From contig JBBQUV010000003.1 of NCBI GenBank assembly GCA_038212075.1, positions 20,036 to 84,035 on the forward strand: a DNA stretch of 64,000 nucleotides. The letters are read 5' to 3'. Source of the stretch: Minisyncoccia bacterium. Its GTDB lineage: Bacteria > Patescibacteriota > Minisyncoccia > Phycocordibacterales > Phycocordibacteraceae. Below, one piece after another: positions 29,207 through 39,858 of the stretch (positions are counted from its first letter, which is position 1; every line of letters starts with the position of its first letter). The position numbers and the translations under genes were made by a program. Below the pieces are notes generated by a model. It saw nothing but the letters and a program-made list of their open reading frames with translations, had not been told where the DNA came from and did no database searches.

Positions 29207-30658
29207 ATGGCTCAAAAACTCATTCTTGTTACCGGAGGTGCCGGGTTTATCGGCTCGCATCTGTGTAAACGACTCCACGAAAATGGCTATACGGTCATTT
29301 CTTTAGACAATCACTTTGCGGGTAGCAAAGAGAACGAAACACTGCCCATTGAATACAGGGAAGGACACACGAAAGACATTGCAGTACTGGTGCCTGAAAA
29401 ACCAGATATTATTTTTCATCTGGGAGAATATTCTCGCGTTGAACAAAGTTTGCTTGAGCCGGAAGTGGTACATGATTTGAATGTTGTCGGTACGGCCGCG
29501 GTTTTGGATTTCTGGAAAAAGAATGGCGGAAAATTGGTGTACGCAGGTTCTTCTACAAAATTCGGCGATGGCGGGCTGGCGCGTAGCGCCACGCCGTACG
29601 CGGCGTCAAAAGCGGATAATACGGAGAAAGTAAAAAAGATGGGCGATGAGACTGGTCTTCCCTATGCGATTACCTATTTTTACAACGTATTTGGAGAAGG
29701 GGAGCGTGCGGGCGCGTACGGCACCGTGATTGAAATATTTAAGCAAATGTATGTGCGCGGTACGCCGATAACAGTGACTGCACCAGGTACCCAAACGCGT
29801 AACTTTACGCACGTGGATGACATTGTGAACGGATTGATGCTTGTCGCAGAAAAGGGGCAGGGTGATGAGTACGGACTAGGGAATGAAAAGTTTTTCTCAA
29901 TGCTTGATGTTGCGCGTCTATTTGGAACAGACATTCTTATGCTTCCGGAACGTGCGGGCAACCGCATGGGCTCAGGGCTTGATACCACAAAAGCACGAGT
30001 GCTCGGCTGGGAAGCCGAGCACCGTCTTGAAGATTACTTACAAGAATTTTTGAACGAACATAAGCGCGGCGCAGTGCTCGACGCACGGGTGCTTGTATTC
30101 TCTACCACATTTCATCCTATTTCAGGTCCTGCGGAAGAAGCCCTTGTGGCACTCATGCGGGCAATGCCGAACGTGCAGTTTGATATTGTGACCACCCACT
30201 TCACACGCGATGCAAAAACTATTGCATCGCCGGCAAAAAATGCCACAGTGTACCGCGTTGGAAACGGCACGTCGTTTGATAAATACCTGCTCCCCTTTCT
30301 TGGATTTTTTATGGCACGCACACTTGCAAAGAAACACACGTATCTGTTTGCGTGGTCTATCTTTGCAAGTTATGCCGCGCTTGCGGCAATCCTATTAAAA
30401 CGCACAACGGGTATGCCGCTTCTTATTACATTGGCCGATCAAGATATTTCACAGGTGAAGTCGTGGAAGCGTTGGTTTCTTCACACAGCGCTGTCAGATG
30501 CTGACCAAGTGTACGGTATGGAGTCAAAAGACGAACGGAAAGCGGCACGGCTGGTAGGCAAACAAACACTCCGTCACTCCATGGGTGACGGTGACGCCTT
30601 CGCCAACCAAATACGCTTTGCCTACGCCTCTATTTTGAGGCACACTCCTGGTATATGA
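29207..30658 (+). CDS. Fusion protein: N-terminal NAD-dependent sugar epimerase/dehydratase (SDR) plus C-terminal GT4-type glycosyltransferase N-domain-like region
   Basis: ATG at 29207. LILVTGGAGFIGSHL Rossmann motif, then a separate roughly 180-aa domain resembling GT-B N-terminal halves. Confidence 0.6.
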   Translation: MAQKLILVTGGAGFIGSHLCKRLHENGYTVISLDNHFAGSKENETLPIEYREGHTKDIAVLVPEKPDIIFHLGEYSRVEQSLLEPEVVHDLNVVGTAAVLDFWKKNGGKLVYAGSSTKFGDGGLARSATPYAASKADNTEKVKKMGDETGLPYAITYFYNVFGEGERAGAYGTVIEIFKQMYVRGTPITVTAPGTQTRNFTHVDDIVNGLMLVAEKGQGDEYGLGNEKFFSMLDVARLFGTDILMLPERAGNRMGSGLDTTKARVLGWEAEHRLEDYLQEFLNEHKRGAVLDARVLVFSTTFHPISGPAEEALVALMRAMPNVQFDIVTTHFTRDAKTIASPAKNATVYRVGNGTSFDKYLLPFLGFFMARTLAKKHTYLFAWSIFASYAALAAILLKRTTGMPLLITLADQDISQVKSWKRWFLHTALSDADQVYGMESKDERKAARLVGKQTLRHSMGDGDAFANQIRFAYASILRHTPGI

Positions 30659-31875
30659 AAAAGGTGCTCATCTTTTCCCTCAATTACTACCCTCGTTTTA
30701 TTGGCGGGGCAGAAGTGGCTATTAAGGAAATAACCGACCGCATCAATCCGTCCGACATAGAATTTCATGTTGTTACCTTACGGGTAGATTCAAACCTTCC
30801 GATAGAGGAAAAAATAGGGAACACCATAGTGCACCGCATTGGTCCTTCTCGTCCGAACCCCTCTATCGCGGATTTAAAAAAGTTTCCGCTCCATATTCTT
30901 AAACATTGGTATCAGTTCGGCGCCGCGTTTGCGGCACTGCGCTTGCACCGGAAATATCACTTCGATGGCATCTGGGCGATGATGGCGCACTCTACGGGTA
31001 TTCCCGCTGGCATGTTTAAGACATTCAAGCCAAAAGTGAAATATCTTTTAACGCTTCAGGAAGGCGATCCACCGGAACATATTGAACGACTTGCGCGCCC
31101 TGTGTGGCCGCTATTTATGCTCGGGTTCACTACTGCAGATATGCTCCAACCGATTTCGACATTCCTTTTGAATTGGGGACGAAGAATGGGATTCAAAGGA
31201 TACGCCGAAGTCATTCCTAACGCGGTGAATGTTCAGCATTTCACCGCCCTGCATTCTGCTGATGAACTGTCAGCAATGCGTGAAAAAATTGGTAAAACAG
31301 AAGGGCAAGTGTTTGTCGTTACCACGTCGCGCTTGGTACATAAAAATGCGATTGACGACATGATAAGGGCACTGGCACTTCTTCCAGACCATGTTCATTT
31401 TTTGATTTATGGCATTGGCCCCGATGAAGAAAAACTTAAGGCACTCGCAAAAGAAAAAGGTGTCGCAATACGCACACATTTTGCCGGACAAATAGGGCAT
31501 GCCGAAATGCCGATTGCACTTAAGGCGTGCGACATGTTTATTCGTGCATCGCGTTCGGAAGGAATGGGCAACTCATTTGTGGAAGCGATGGCGGCGGAAA
31601 TACCCGTGATTGCAACACAGGAAGGTGGACTCAGTGATTTTCTGTTTGATGCAAAGCGAAATCCGGACAAACCAACTACGGGGTGGGCAGTGGATAAGGA
31701 TTCTCCGGAGCAGATTGCCGAAGCGGTAAAAGATATCCTCGCGAATCCTGAAAAAGTGAAAACAGTAACCGCCACCGCCAAAGCGATGGTTATAGAGAAG
31801 TATGACTGGGACATCATTGCTCGCTCCATGAATGCGCTGTTCGACCGCATGTTTGGAGGCGGTACACTAGGTTGA
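30655..31875 (+). CDS. Glycosyltransferase family 4
   Basis: GT4 N-terminal (YYPRFIGGAE) and C-terminal (E.FG....EAMA.G.PVIAT..GG) signatures. Confidence 0.8.
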   Translation: MKKVLIFSLNYYPRFIGGAEVAIKEITDRINPSDIEFHVVTLRVDSNLPIEEKIGNTIVHRIGPSRPNPSIADLKKFPLHILKHWYQFGAAFAALRLHRKYHFDGIWAMMAHSTGIPAGMFKTFKPKVKYLLTLQEGDPPEHIERLARPVWPLFMLGFTTADMLQPISTFLLNWGRRMGFKGYAEVIPNAVNVQHFTALHSADELSAMREKIGKTEGQVFVVTTSRLVHKNAIDDMIRALALLPDHVHFLIYGIGPDEEKLKALAKEKGVAIRTHFAGQIGHAEMPIALKACDMFIRASRSEGMGNSFVEAMAAEIPVIATQEGGLSDFLFDAKRNPDKPTTGWAVDKDSPEQIAEAVKDILANPEKVKTVTATAKAMVIEKYDWDIIARSMNALFDRMFGGGTLG

Positions 31876-32963
31876 TGAAGCTCGTACTTGCCACGCCTCT
31901 CTATCCGCCTGAAGCGGGAGGTCCGGCCACGTTCGCCAAAACACTGGAAGAAGAACTCCCGAAGCATGGCTGGGCGGTAGAAACTATTAAATTTGCCGAT
32001 GTACGGTACCTACCAAAGTTCTTACGGCACATTGCGTATATGCGGCGCGTAAAACGTGCGGCAAGAATGGCCGACGTCGTGCTTGCCCTTGATCCTGTCT
32101 CCGTCGGTCTACCAGCATGTATCGCGGCAAAAATGGTAGGCAAACCTTTTTATGTACGTATCGCAGGTGACTATGCGTGGGAACAGGGTGTGCAACGATT
32201 TGGCGTGAAAGAAACACTCGATGAATTTGTTGAGCGTACGAAGTATTCGCTCAGTGTTCGTCTCTTGCGCGCAGTGCAGACGTTTGTTGCAAGAAACGCA
32301 GTACGGGTGATTGTGCCAAGCCTATATCTACGGCACATCATTTCACGATGGGGTATCGCTCAAGAAAAAATAATTGTTGCCTACAACGCCGCGCCGGAAA
32401 TAGATAAGGCCATGTTTGCTCGTCCCGAAGTAGACGGTGCCTATATTGTGTCCATTGCGCGCCTTGTGCCGTGGAAGGGCATGGGTGCGGTCATCACTGC
32501 GGTTACCGGAAGCGTAGAATCACGCACTCTAGTGATTATCGGCGACGGACCCGAACGGGGCCGTTTAGAGGCGGAGGCGAGAAACTCAAAGCATCCTCAG
32601 AAGGTTATATTCACCGGAAACTTACCCCACGAAGAAACCATGAGATATCTTGCTCACGCTGATTCTTTTGTGCTTGATACGCGTTATGAAGGACTTTCGC
32701 ACCTTATTTTGGAGGCGCTTGCACTTGGTACGCCGGTGGCGACCACAAATGCCGGTGGCAATCCAGAACTCGTGAAAGATGGCGATACCGGACTTATTTT
32801 TCCGTACGAAAATGTAGATGCAATTCGAGAATGTATTGGCAGACTACGGCCGGAAGCGGAATTGTGGAAAGTGTGCACCGCAAACGGACGCGCACTTATT
32901 GGAGGATTTACGAAAGATAAAATGATTCGCGAAGTAATCGACGCGCTCTCTATACCGAAATGA
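31875..32963 (+). CDS. Glycosyltransferase family 4
   Basis: PPEAGGPA N-terminal motif, C-terminal EG....LEALA.G.PV. ATG overlaps the previous stop (TGATG). Confidence 0.8.
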   Translation: MKLVLATPLYPPEAGGPATFAKTLEEELPKHGWAVETIKFADVRYLPKFLRHIAYMRRVKRAARMADVVLALDPVSVGLPACIAAKMVGKPFYVRIAGDYAWEQGVQRFGVKETLDEFVERTKYSLSVRLLRAVQTFVARNAVRVIVPSLYLRHIISRWGIAQEKIIVAYNAAPEIDKAMFARPEVDGAYIVSIARLVPWKGMGAVITAVTGSVESRTLVIIGDGPERGRLEAEARNSKHPQKVIFTGNLPHEETMRYLAHADSFVLDTRYEGLSHLILEALALGTPVATTNAGGNPELVKDGDTGLIFPYENVDAIRECIGRLRPEAELWKVCTANGRALIGGFTKDKMIREVIDALSIPK

Positions 32964-34081
32964 ACATTCTTTTTGTTTCAAATGATCCAAATATATTTGT
33001 CGCCGATAGCGCGGTGAGAAAACGTTTGCGCGCATACGCGGCATACTTCACTGCGGTGCATGTGGTATCACCGGCAGGACAAGGTGTGGTTTCTGAGACG
33101 GATGGAAAACTTGTCCTGCATCCGGTAACGGTTGGAAAATTATTTCGCGTTCCAGTGCTTGCAAAAACAGCACGCACGATTGTGCATGAATATTCCATCG
33201 CCGTTGTTTCTGCACAAGATCCGTTTGAACAAGGTATTGCGGCATTGTATGCCACCCTTCGTACACCAGCTCGTTTGCATATTCAAATTCATACCGATTT
33301 CCTATCATCTTTTTTCAAACGCGCTTCCTTTAAAAATAACGTGCGCGTATATACTGCCGCGCTCGTGTTGTGGTTTGCCGATGGAGTCCGTGTGGTGTCT
33401 GAACGTATACAACAATCTATACGCAGTCACTACGGTACAAGCGTTCCGGAGATGCGCGTCATTCCTATCGCTGTTTCTTCTACACTTCCCGAAGTGGTAT
33501 TACTTCCACCGAATTCTTTTTTGTTTTCATTTATGACGGTTTCGCGGCTGGAATCTGAGAAACATATTGAAGATATTCTTTCTGCATTTGTTCTTGTTCT
33601 GCGCGAATATCCAAACGCCGGTCTTTTCATTGTGGGCGAGGGACAAGAACATGCGCCGCTTATGCGCCGCGTAAAAGAATTGGCTATTGAAAAAAATGTA
33701 GTTTTTCTTGGGCATCGTGCAGACGCGCGAGGGCTGATGTGTAGTGCACAGGCCTATGTGAATGCGAGCGCATACGAAGGGTACGGACTCTCTCTTATTG
33801 AGGCGGCTCTTGCAGGTGTTCCTATCGTTACTACCGACGTTGGGATTGTTGGCGAAGTACTGTTACCCGGACGAGACGTCCTTCTTTTCCCCGTTAGTGA
33901 CAGTGAAGCGGCGGCGCGGGAAATGATTCGACTTATTGAACAAAAAAGCCTGTGCGCCATGCTTTCCCAAAATGCCCAAAAGGCGGCACAGACACATATA
34001 GAGGGTTTTCCTGATCAACCCAAGCTCGTAGCCGCAGACATTGCGGGTGTGGCCGGAACAGGTACCATAACCGCACCATGA
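32960..34081 (+). CDS. Glycosyltransferase family 4
   Basis: C-terminal SAYEGYGLSLIEAALAGVPIVTTDVG GT4 motif. Confidence 0.8.
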   Translation: MNILFVSNDPNIFVADSAVRKRLRAYAAYFTAVHVVSPAGQGVVSETDGKLVLHPVTVGKLFRVPVLAKTARTIVHEYSIAVVSAQDPFEQGIAALYATLRTPARLHIQIHTDFLSSFFKRASFKNNVRVYTAALVLWFADGVRVVSERIQQSIRSHYGTSVPEMRVIPIAVSSTLPEVVLLPPNSFLFSFMTVSRLESEKHIEDILSAFVLVLREYPNAGLFIVGEGQEHAPLMRRVKELAIEKNVVFLGHRADARGLMCSAQAYVNASAYEGYGLSLIEAALAGVPIVTTDVGIVGEVLLPGRDVLLFPVSDSEAAAREMIRLIEQKSLCAMLSQNAQKAAQTHIEGFPDQPKLVAADIAGVAGTGTITAP

Positions 34082-35052
34082 AGCGCATCGTGACTATCGG
34101 GGGCGGCACAGGCACCTTTACTGTGCTTTCAGGGCTTCGTCGGTACGACGATGTGCATTTGTCGGCCATAGTAACCATGGCTGATAGCGGCGGTTCTACG
34201 GGGCGTTTGCGTGACGAATATGGGGTGCTTCCGCCCGGTGATTTACGTCAATCACTCGTGGCGCTTTCCAATGCGTCGCTTGATTTGCGAAAGCTCTTCA
34301 ATTTTCGCTACGACCGTGGTGGACTCAAGGGACATACGTTTGGCAATATCTTTCTTTCGACGTTTGAACAAATGACCGGCAGTCTGGATGACGCCATCGT
34401 ACTCGCGTCGGAAATTCTCAATATTCACGGCGAGGTGATCCCCGTCACACTTGGCAACGCACAACTTATTGCAGAATTAAAAAATGGAAAGAAACTTGTG
34501 GGTGAAGCCGCAATATCTGACTACCAGCTTCTTTCAAAATTTGGCGTAAAGAATGTATCACTCGCACCCAAAGTAAAAGCGAATCCAAAAGCACTGCGGG
34601 CTATCAAGGAAGCGGACTTAATTGTTGTTGGTCCCGGAAATTTTTACTCATCGGTTGTACCCAATTTTTTGGTGAGCGGCATTGTGGATGCTGTGCGAAA
34701 ATCAAAAGCAAAGAAAGTATTGGTGGCAAACATTATGAACAAGCATGGACAAACTGATGACTTCACGGTGGGCGCATACCTTACGACGCTTGAAGGTATT
34801 GCAAAAGCAAAACTATTTGATGCCGTGCTGTACAACACCAAGCGCCCACTTGCCACACTGTTGAAGCGCTATGCAGATGAAGGGGAGCCAGTACGCGCGG
34901 AAGGGAAAACGATTGGCGGCCGCCCCCTTGTGGGAGCGGATGTGCTTGCGCGCGGTCTCTACAAGGCGCCGGCTGGGGATGCTCTTCCGCGTACGCTCAT
35001 TCGTCACGACCCAAAGAAACTTGCGGCGGCACTCTACGCATTTTTTGTATGA
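34078..35052 (+). CDS. YvcK/CofD-family (UPF0052, gluconeogenesis-factor-like) protein
   Basis: IVTIGGGTG N-terminal motif and family-wide conservation, 324 aa. Confidence 0.75.
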   Translation: MKRIVTIGGGTGTFTVLSGLRRYDDVHLSAIVTMADSGGSTGRLRDEYGVLPPGDLRQSLVALSNASLDLRKLFNFRYDRGGLKGHTFGNIFLSTFEQMTGSLDDAIVLASEILNIHGEVIPVTLGNAQLIAELKNGKKLVGEAAISDYQLLSKFGVKNVSLAPKVKANPKALRAIKEADLIVVGPGNFYSSVVPNFLVSGIVDAVRKSKAKKVLVANIMNKHGQTDDFTVGAYLTTLEGIAKAKLFDAVLYNTKRPLATLLKRYADEGEPVRAEGKTIGGRPLVGADVLARGLYKAPAGDALPRTLIRHDPKKLAAALYAFFV

Positions 35053-35927
35053 CTAAACCGCTGATTGGATTTATAGGGCAAGGATGGATTGGCAAAAATT
35101 ATGCCGATGATTTTGAACGCCGCGGATACGACACTGTGCGGTACGGACTTGAACCGGAATACGTGGGTAATAAAGAAAAAATCGCTGAATGCGCTATTGT
35201 TTTCATCGCGGTACCCACACCAACAACACCAAAAGGATTTAACGCAGACATTGTTCGTTCCGCGCTTTCTGCTGTAGGCAAAGGAAAGATCGCGGTCATT
35301 AAATCAACACTTCTTCCTGGCACCACGGACATGCTCCACACAGAATTTCCTGAAATCATCATAGTAAATTCACCAGAGTTTTTGCGTGAAGCAAGCGCTG
35401 GGCATGATGCGGCACATCCTGCGAGAAACATTATTGGTATTCCAAATGAATCAACCGAATACAAAACAGCAGCCGAAGCCGTGCTTGCGGTACTTCCGCC
35501 TGCGCCATTCTCAACGGTACTGCCCGCCCGTGAAGCAGAGCTTGTAAAATATGCAGGCAATGTGTTCCTTGCGATGAAAGTAGTGTTTGCCAACATGCTC
35601 TATGATCTTGCCGAGGCGTCGGGCGCAGACTACGAGCGCATCCGCGAAACTATTGCCGCAGACAGTCGCATTGGCGCGTCGCATCTTGCGGTGTTGTTTG
35701 CAAGCGGGCATACGGATAAAAAAGGACGTGGCGCTGGTGGGCATTGCTTCATAAAAGACCTTGAAGCGTTTCGTCGTTTGTACAAAGATGCAATGCCAGG
35801 CGATGAAGGAAGTGCGTTTCTGGATGCTTTAGTACGTAAGAATACTGCACTTCTCACGCAGTCAGAAAAAGATATTGATTTACTCACTCAGGTATACGGC
35901 GACAACCGCAATGATGTACTTTCTTGA
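35049..35927 (+). CDS. Nucleotide-sugar dehydrogenase-like protein (UDP-glucose/GDP-mannose dehydrogenase family, short form)
   Basis: N-terminal Rossmann GFIGQGWIGKNY and catalytic-Cys region GGHCFIKD. Shorter than typical Ugd (292 aa). Confidence 0.6.
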   Translation: MTKPLIGFIGQGWIGKNYADDFERRGYDTVRYGLEPEYVGNKEKIAECAIVFIAVPTPTTPKGFNADIVRSALSAVGKGKIAVIKSTLLPGTTDMLHTEFPEIIIVNSPEFLREASAGHDAAHPARNIIGIPNESTEYKTAAEAVLAVLPPAPFSTVLPAREAELVKYAGNVFLAMKVVFANMLYDLAEASGADYERIRETIAADSRIGASHLAVLFASGHTDKKGRGAGGHCFIKDLEAFRRLYKDAMPGDEGSAFLDALVRKNTALLTQSEKDIDLLTQVYGDNRNDVLS

Positions 35928-36432
35928 TTTCGATAGAACATTGTTTGACACCGATGCGTTCATAGCTCATCTCTTGAAACGTGAAGGTGCTGAACGGTAT
36001 CAACACCTTGATTCAGAAGAAAAACTTGCTAGCAAGTTGAACGAACTTTCAGAACAGGGTGAAATTTCTTTTACTCCTGAAGAACTAAAACCATTCGTGT
36101 TTTCCGATGTTCCTGAATTCATGCGAATGGTTGGTAATGAAGGCATGATCTTAACATTTGGGAATCCTGCATTACAGAAACTGAAGATACTTGCCGCGCT
36201 CGAAGGTATACCAAGAATATCGGTAATCTATACTGGAGATGTCCGCAAAGGCGAATATATGAAAGAGCGCATCACTGCTTATGGGAATACACTTCTTGTT
36301 GATGATCGCCCACTCGAGCTTGAAATTATGGCGCGCGACTGTCCGCATGTTCGTCTTTTTGAAATGCGACGTGATGGCGAAAAAGGAGATGGACGTTGGC
36401 CGGTCATTCACTCGCTTGCCGAACTACCATGA
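35911..36432 (+). CDS. HAD-superfamily hydrolase
   Basis: Motif I FLDFDRTLFDT at the N-terminus when started at ATG 35911. Confidence 0.65.
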   Translation: MMYFLDFDRTLFDTDAFIAHLLKREGAERYQHLDSEEKLASKLNELSEQGEISFTPEELKPFVFSDVPEFMRMVGNEGMILTFGNPALQKLKILAALEGIPRISVIYTGDVRKGEYMKERITAYGNTLLVDDRPLELEIMARDCPHVRLFEMRRDGEKGDGRWPVIHSLAELP

Positions 36433-37460
36433 GGTTACTCATCGTTACACAAACGCTTGATAAGAATGATCCGGTTCTTGGGTTTTTTCATCATTGGGTA
36501 GAAGAACTCGCACCGCATTTTGAAAGCATCATTGTTGTGTGTCTTACAGAAGGTGAGTATTCGCTACCGCACAACGTGCGAGTGTACACACTCGGTAAAG
36601 AAAAAGGGCGTCCGTTTTTTGGCGCACTTACGTACGTCGTTCGTTTCAAATTGCTTGCATGGAAACTACGCCATGAATACGATCGCGTTTTTGTGCATAT
36701 GAATCAGGAATACGTTTTGATTGCCGGACCGCTTTGGAAACTGCTCGGTAAGCCCGTCTATCTTTGGCGTAATCACTATGCCGGCTCTTTCCTTACCGAC
36801 ATCGCCGCACTTTTTTGTAAAAACGTTTTTTGTACTTCGGCGTATTCGTACACAGCAAAGTACAGGAACACACTCGTGATGCCTGTCGGTGTGGATCTTG
36901 CGAGCCTCGCTCCAAACGAAGCAGAGCGCACGCCGCACTCTATTTTGTTTCTTGCCCGTATGGCGCCCAGCAAGCGTCCCGACATGCTTCTTGAAACACT
37001 GAGTGTGCTAAAAGAAAAAGGCATAGCATTTTCCGCTTCGTTCGTTGGTTCACCACTACCGCACCATAATGAATGGTACGAGTCGCTTAAAAAACGTGCG
37101 CAGGAACTTTCTCTTGAAACCGTCACGTTTAGTCCGGGGATTCCAAGCACACAGACTCCTGCAGTGTTTGCCGCGCACGAATTTTTCGTAAACACATCGA
37201 GAAGCGGCATGTTGGATAAAACTATGTTTGAAGCGGCCGCATCCGGCAGTATTGTGTTGTCGGTAAGTGCAGACATGAAACTATATGCGGGCGACGAACT
37301 TCATTTTGATACGGTAAAAGAACTTGCGCAGAAACTGGAAATACTTCTTTCTGCGCCGGCTTCTGAAATTCAAAAACACCGCGCCACACTCAAAGCTGTC
37401 GCCGAGAAAAATTCACTCTCGCACCTCATCTTCAAACTTTCTGAAATTTTGACCAAGTAG
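36429..37460 (+). CDS. Glycosyltransferase family 4
   Basis: ATG 36429 overlapping the previous stop (ATGA). GT-B two-domain layout. Confidence 0.7.
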   Translation: MRLLIVTQTLDKNDPVLGFFHHWVEELAPHFESIIVVCLTEGEYSLPHNVRVYTLGKEKGRPFFGALTYVVRFKLLAWKLRHEYDRVFVHMNQEYVLIAGPLWKLLGKPVYLWRNHYAGSFLTDIAALFCKNVFCTSAYSYTAKYRNTLVMPVGVDLASLAPNEAERTPHSILFLARMAPSKRPDMLLETLSVLKEKGIAFSASFVGSPLPHHNEWYESLKKRAQELSLETVTFSPGIPSTQTPAVFAAHEFFVNTSRSGMLDKTMFEAAASGSIVLSVSADMKLYAGDELHFDTVKELAQKLEILLSAPASEIQKHRATLKAVAEKNSLSHLIFKLSEILTK

Positions 37461-37639
37461 TATTTTAGTTCTAAAATATTTGTAACCTTACAAAAGCCTA
37501 GAGGGGACAAAAGGAGAGTACTTTGGCAGATTATGTGACTGAAGCGCTCAAAGCGCTTACGCCTTAGGAAGAAGAAAATACCCATATCGCAATCATTGCG
37601 TATAACCCTGCGTCAATACACCGGTTTTGAACGATTCGT

Positions 37640-39145
37640 GTGGAGCGGTATGCTAGGGGCATGGAGGGGACTTCACGATTTTCAAATAGCCCGTGGCTTA
37701 CGCGGGTAGTGCCTATTGCCATCCTCATTTTCACGGTAGTCGCGGCGTTTTATCAGTTGTCCGAAAGCCCGTCGGTGTGGTACGACGAAGGTTTTTTTGA
37801 ACAGGCGGCAATGAATCTCGCATCGCACGGTGAGCAGGTGATACAGCTTGTGCCCGGTCACTATCTTTCGTCGTGGTCTGTTTCGGCAGGGTATCCGCTT
37901 ATCGCGCCAATCGCGCTCATGTTCAAGCTGTTTGGGGTGAGTGTGTGGAATGCACGTGCAGTGCCCGCCACATACATTGTGTTATTTGTACTGACCGCAT
38001 ATGTATTTGTTCGCCGTGAATTCGGTGTGCTATCGGCAACAATTGTCGCGCTTTTGCTTGCAACCTTCCCTCTTTTATATGGAAACGGGAAAAGTGTCCT
38101 TGGAGAAGTGCCGGCGCTTTTTTACTTTGCCCTAATGCTTCTTGCACTGCAGTGGCTTGAACAGAGTAGATACAAAAACAATCTTGCGGCATTTCTGACC
38201 GGCATGTTTGCAGGTCTTTCGTTTGCGGCAAAGTTTACGTTTATGCTCGTGCCTGCGGCGCTCGGTGTCGTAGCCCTTATTCGTGGGCGCACGCTCGTGC
38301 GCGAATTACCCATTAAGAACTGGGTACTTGGCGCAAGCGGTTTTTTACTTTCCTTTGGCGTGTGGGTACTGTTGCAATTTCAGCCGGGTGATTCGGTGTC
38401 CACGGTACTCGCGTTTTTTGCAAACCCCTATGACTACGGCACCACCGCGCTTAGCGAAATGATGCTCCAAAATCTTCTCCGTTTTGTCACAGAAATAACG
38501 CCACTCTACATGCTGGTGTTGTTCGCGATATGGACGATTTCGATTGCTCTGCGAAAACGAAAGGACGTATATGTATCGACTGCCGAACTTGTGTCATTTT
38601 CTTTTACGGTGCTCGTGCTTTTGGCATATTTGCGGACGCCTGGATGGTACCGCTATTTCTTCCCGGCGATGGTGGTCTCGCTTCTGTATTTTCCTCAGTC
38701 GCTCAGTGTGGTCTGGAGCGCGTTTCAAACAAACATATCGTTTCTTTCACGCTTGCGATGGTTACCGTATGTAGGGCTTACGCTTTTGATTCTTATACAA
38801 GGATACCAACTTGGTTGGCATTCCTACGTTGCAATGTATTACGGAGATACGCGTACCGCGGCACTCACTGAGTATTTTTCACATGTGCCTCCGACCGAAA
38901 GTATATTTTTGTATAACGTTCCGGAAATTGCTGTCTTTTTGCCTACTACTGATTTTGCACAATATTTGAACCCGCATGTGAATCAAGGGTTTGGTGCAGA
39001 TGAGCTACCGCTTATCGCACACGGTATTCCCACTATGATCATTGTCAACGCGGAAAGTTACGAAATAGAAAAGAATGTGTTCTCTGCCTACAGCGTGAAA
39101 GATCATGTGGTGCATTATGTTGTGCTTGTACGAAAACCAAAATGA
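37640..39145 (+). CDS. GT-C-fold membrane glycosyltransferase (ArnT/PMT/GT39/GT83-like)
   Basis: About 12 TM helices, N-terminal loop WYDEGFF (DE motif), 501 aa. Confidence 0.65.
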   Translation: MERYARGMEGTSRFSNSPWLTRVVPIAILIFTVVAAFYQLSESPSVWYDEGFFEQAAMNLASHGEQVIQLVPGHYLSSWSVSAGYPLIAPIALMFKLFGVSVWNARAVPATYIVLFVLTAYVFVRREFGVLSATIVALLLATFPLLYGNGKSVLGEVPALFYFALMLLALQWLEQSRYKNNLAAFLTGMFAGLSFAAKFTFMLVPAALGVVALIRGRTLVRELPIKNWVLGASGFLLSFGVWVLLQFQPGDSVSTVLAFFANPYDYGTTALSEMMLQNLLRFVTEITPLYMLVLFAIWTISIALRKRKDVYVSTAELVSFSFTVLVLLAYLRTPGWYRYFFPAMVVSLLYFPQSLSVVWSAFQTNISFLSRLRWLPYVGLTLLILIQGYQLGWHSYVAMYYGDTRTAALTEYFSHVPPTESIFLYNVPEIAVFLPTTDFAQYLNPHVNQGFGADELPLIAHGIPTMIIVNAESYEIEKNVFSAYSVKDHVVHYVVLVRKPK

Positions 39146-39858
39146 AAAAAATTTCTGTTGTAACGCCTTGCTACAACGAAGCGGAAAACATTGAACCGTT
39201 TCATACAGCAATTACGCACGCGTTTTCTTCGCTACCGTATGAGCTTGAAATAGTGTACGTAAACGATGGAAGTAGTGACACGAGCGAAGAGCGTATACGT
39301 GCGCTGTCTCTTCGCGACCCACGCGTGAAATATATCTTCTTTGCAAAAAATGCGGGGCAACAAGCGGCAACCTCGGCTGGGCTCGTACATGCATCGGGCG
39401 ATGCGGTGATGATGATGGACGTAGATCTTCAGCACCCACCACACCTTATTCCTGATTTTATAGAACGTTGGGAAGAGGGAAACGAAGTAGTGTTTGGGAT
39501 ACGTCGTGCCCGTTCTGACGACAGTCCCTTACGAGGTATCACGTCTAAAATCGCGGCCACCATCATCGCTCTTGGCGAAGGGTGGCGTTTGCCGCGCGAC
39601 ACCTCTGATTTCAGTATTATGGATAGAAGTGTAGTTCAAGCATTTAAAAAACTACCGCCACGCGCGGTGATGACTCGGTTTCAAGTAGCGCGCGCGGCGC
39701 GCGCGTACGCATTCATTCCTTTTGATGTACCACCACGCACCATTGGTGAAAGTAAGTACACCTATAAAAAACTACTCACCTTGTTGTGGAAGAGTACGTT
39801 TGGTAAATCGCTTGGGACACTCCCGCGGTACGAAATAAAAGAAACAAATATCGTATGA
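39142..39858 (+). CDS. GT2 polyprenol-phosphate glycosyltransferase (DPM1/ArnC-like)
   Basis: ISVVTPCYNEAENI ... VNDGSSD ... DVD GT-A motifs. Confidence 0.8.
   Translation: MKKISVVTPCYNEAENIEPFHTAITHAFSSLPYELEIVYVNDGSSDTSEERIRALSLRDPRVKYIFFAKNAGQQAATSAGLVHASGDAVMMMDVDLQHPPHLIPDFIERWEEGNEVVFGIRRARSDDSPLRGITSKIAATIIALGEGWRLPRDTSDFSIMDRSVVQAFKKLPPRAVMTRFQVARAARAYAFIPFDVPPRTIGESKYTYKKLLTLLWKSTFGKSLGTLPRYEIKETNIV

Noticed and set aside
35099-35596. 165-aa minus-strand ORF inside the nucleotide-sugar dehydrogenase gene and similar antisense ORFs inside GT genes (for example 36776-37276, 31407-31967, 44823-45299)
   Set aside because: They are fully embedded antisense to well-supported genes and have Ser/Ala/Arg-rich composition typical of antisense frames in moderately GC-rich DNA
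37463-37639. Small palindromes (tattttag-ttc-taaaata, aagcgct-caa-agcgctt) in the GT4 / GT-C intergenic region as possible operators
   Set aside because: Short (7-8 bp) palindromes are common in AT-rich intergenic DNA. No repeat copies elsewhere in the window
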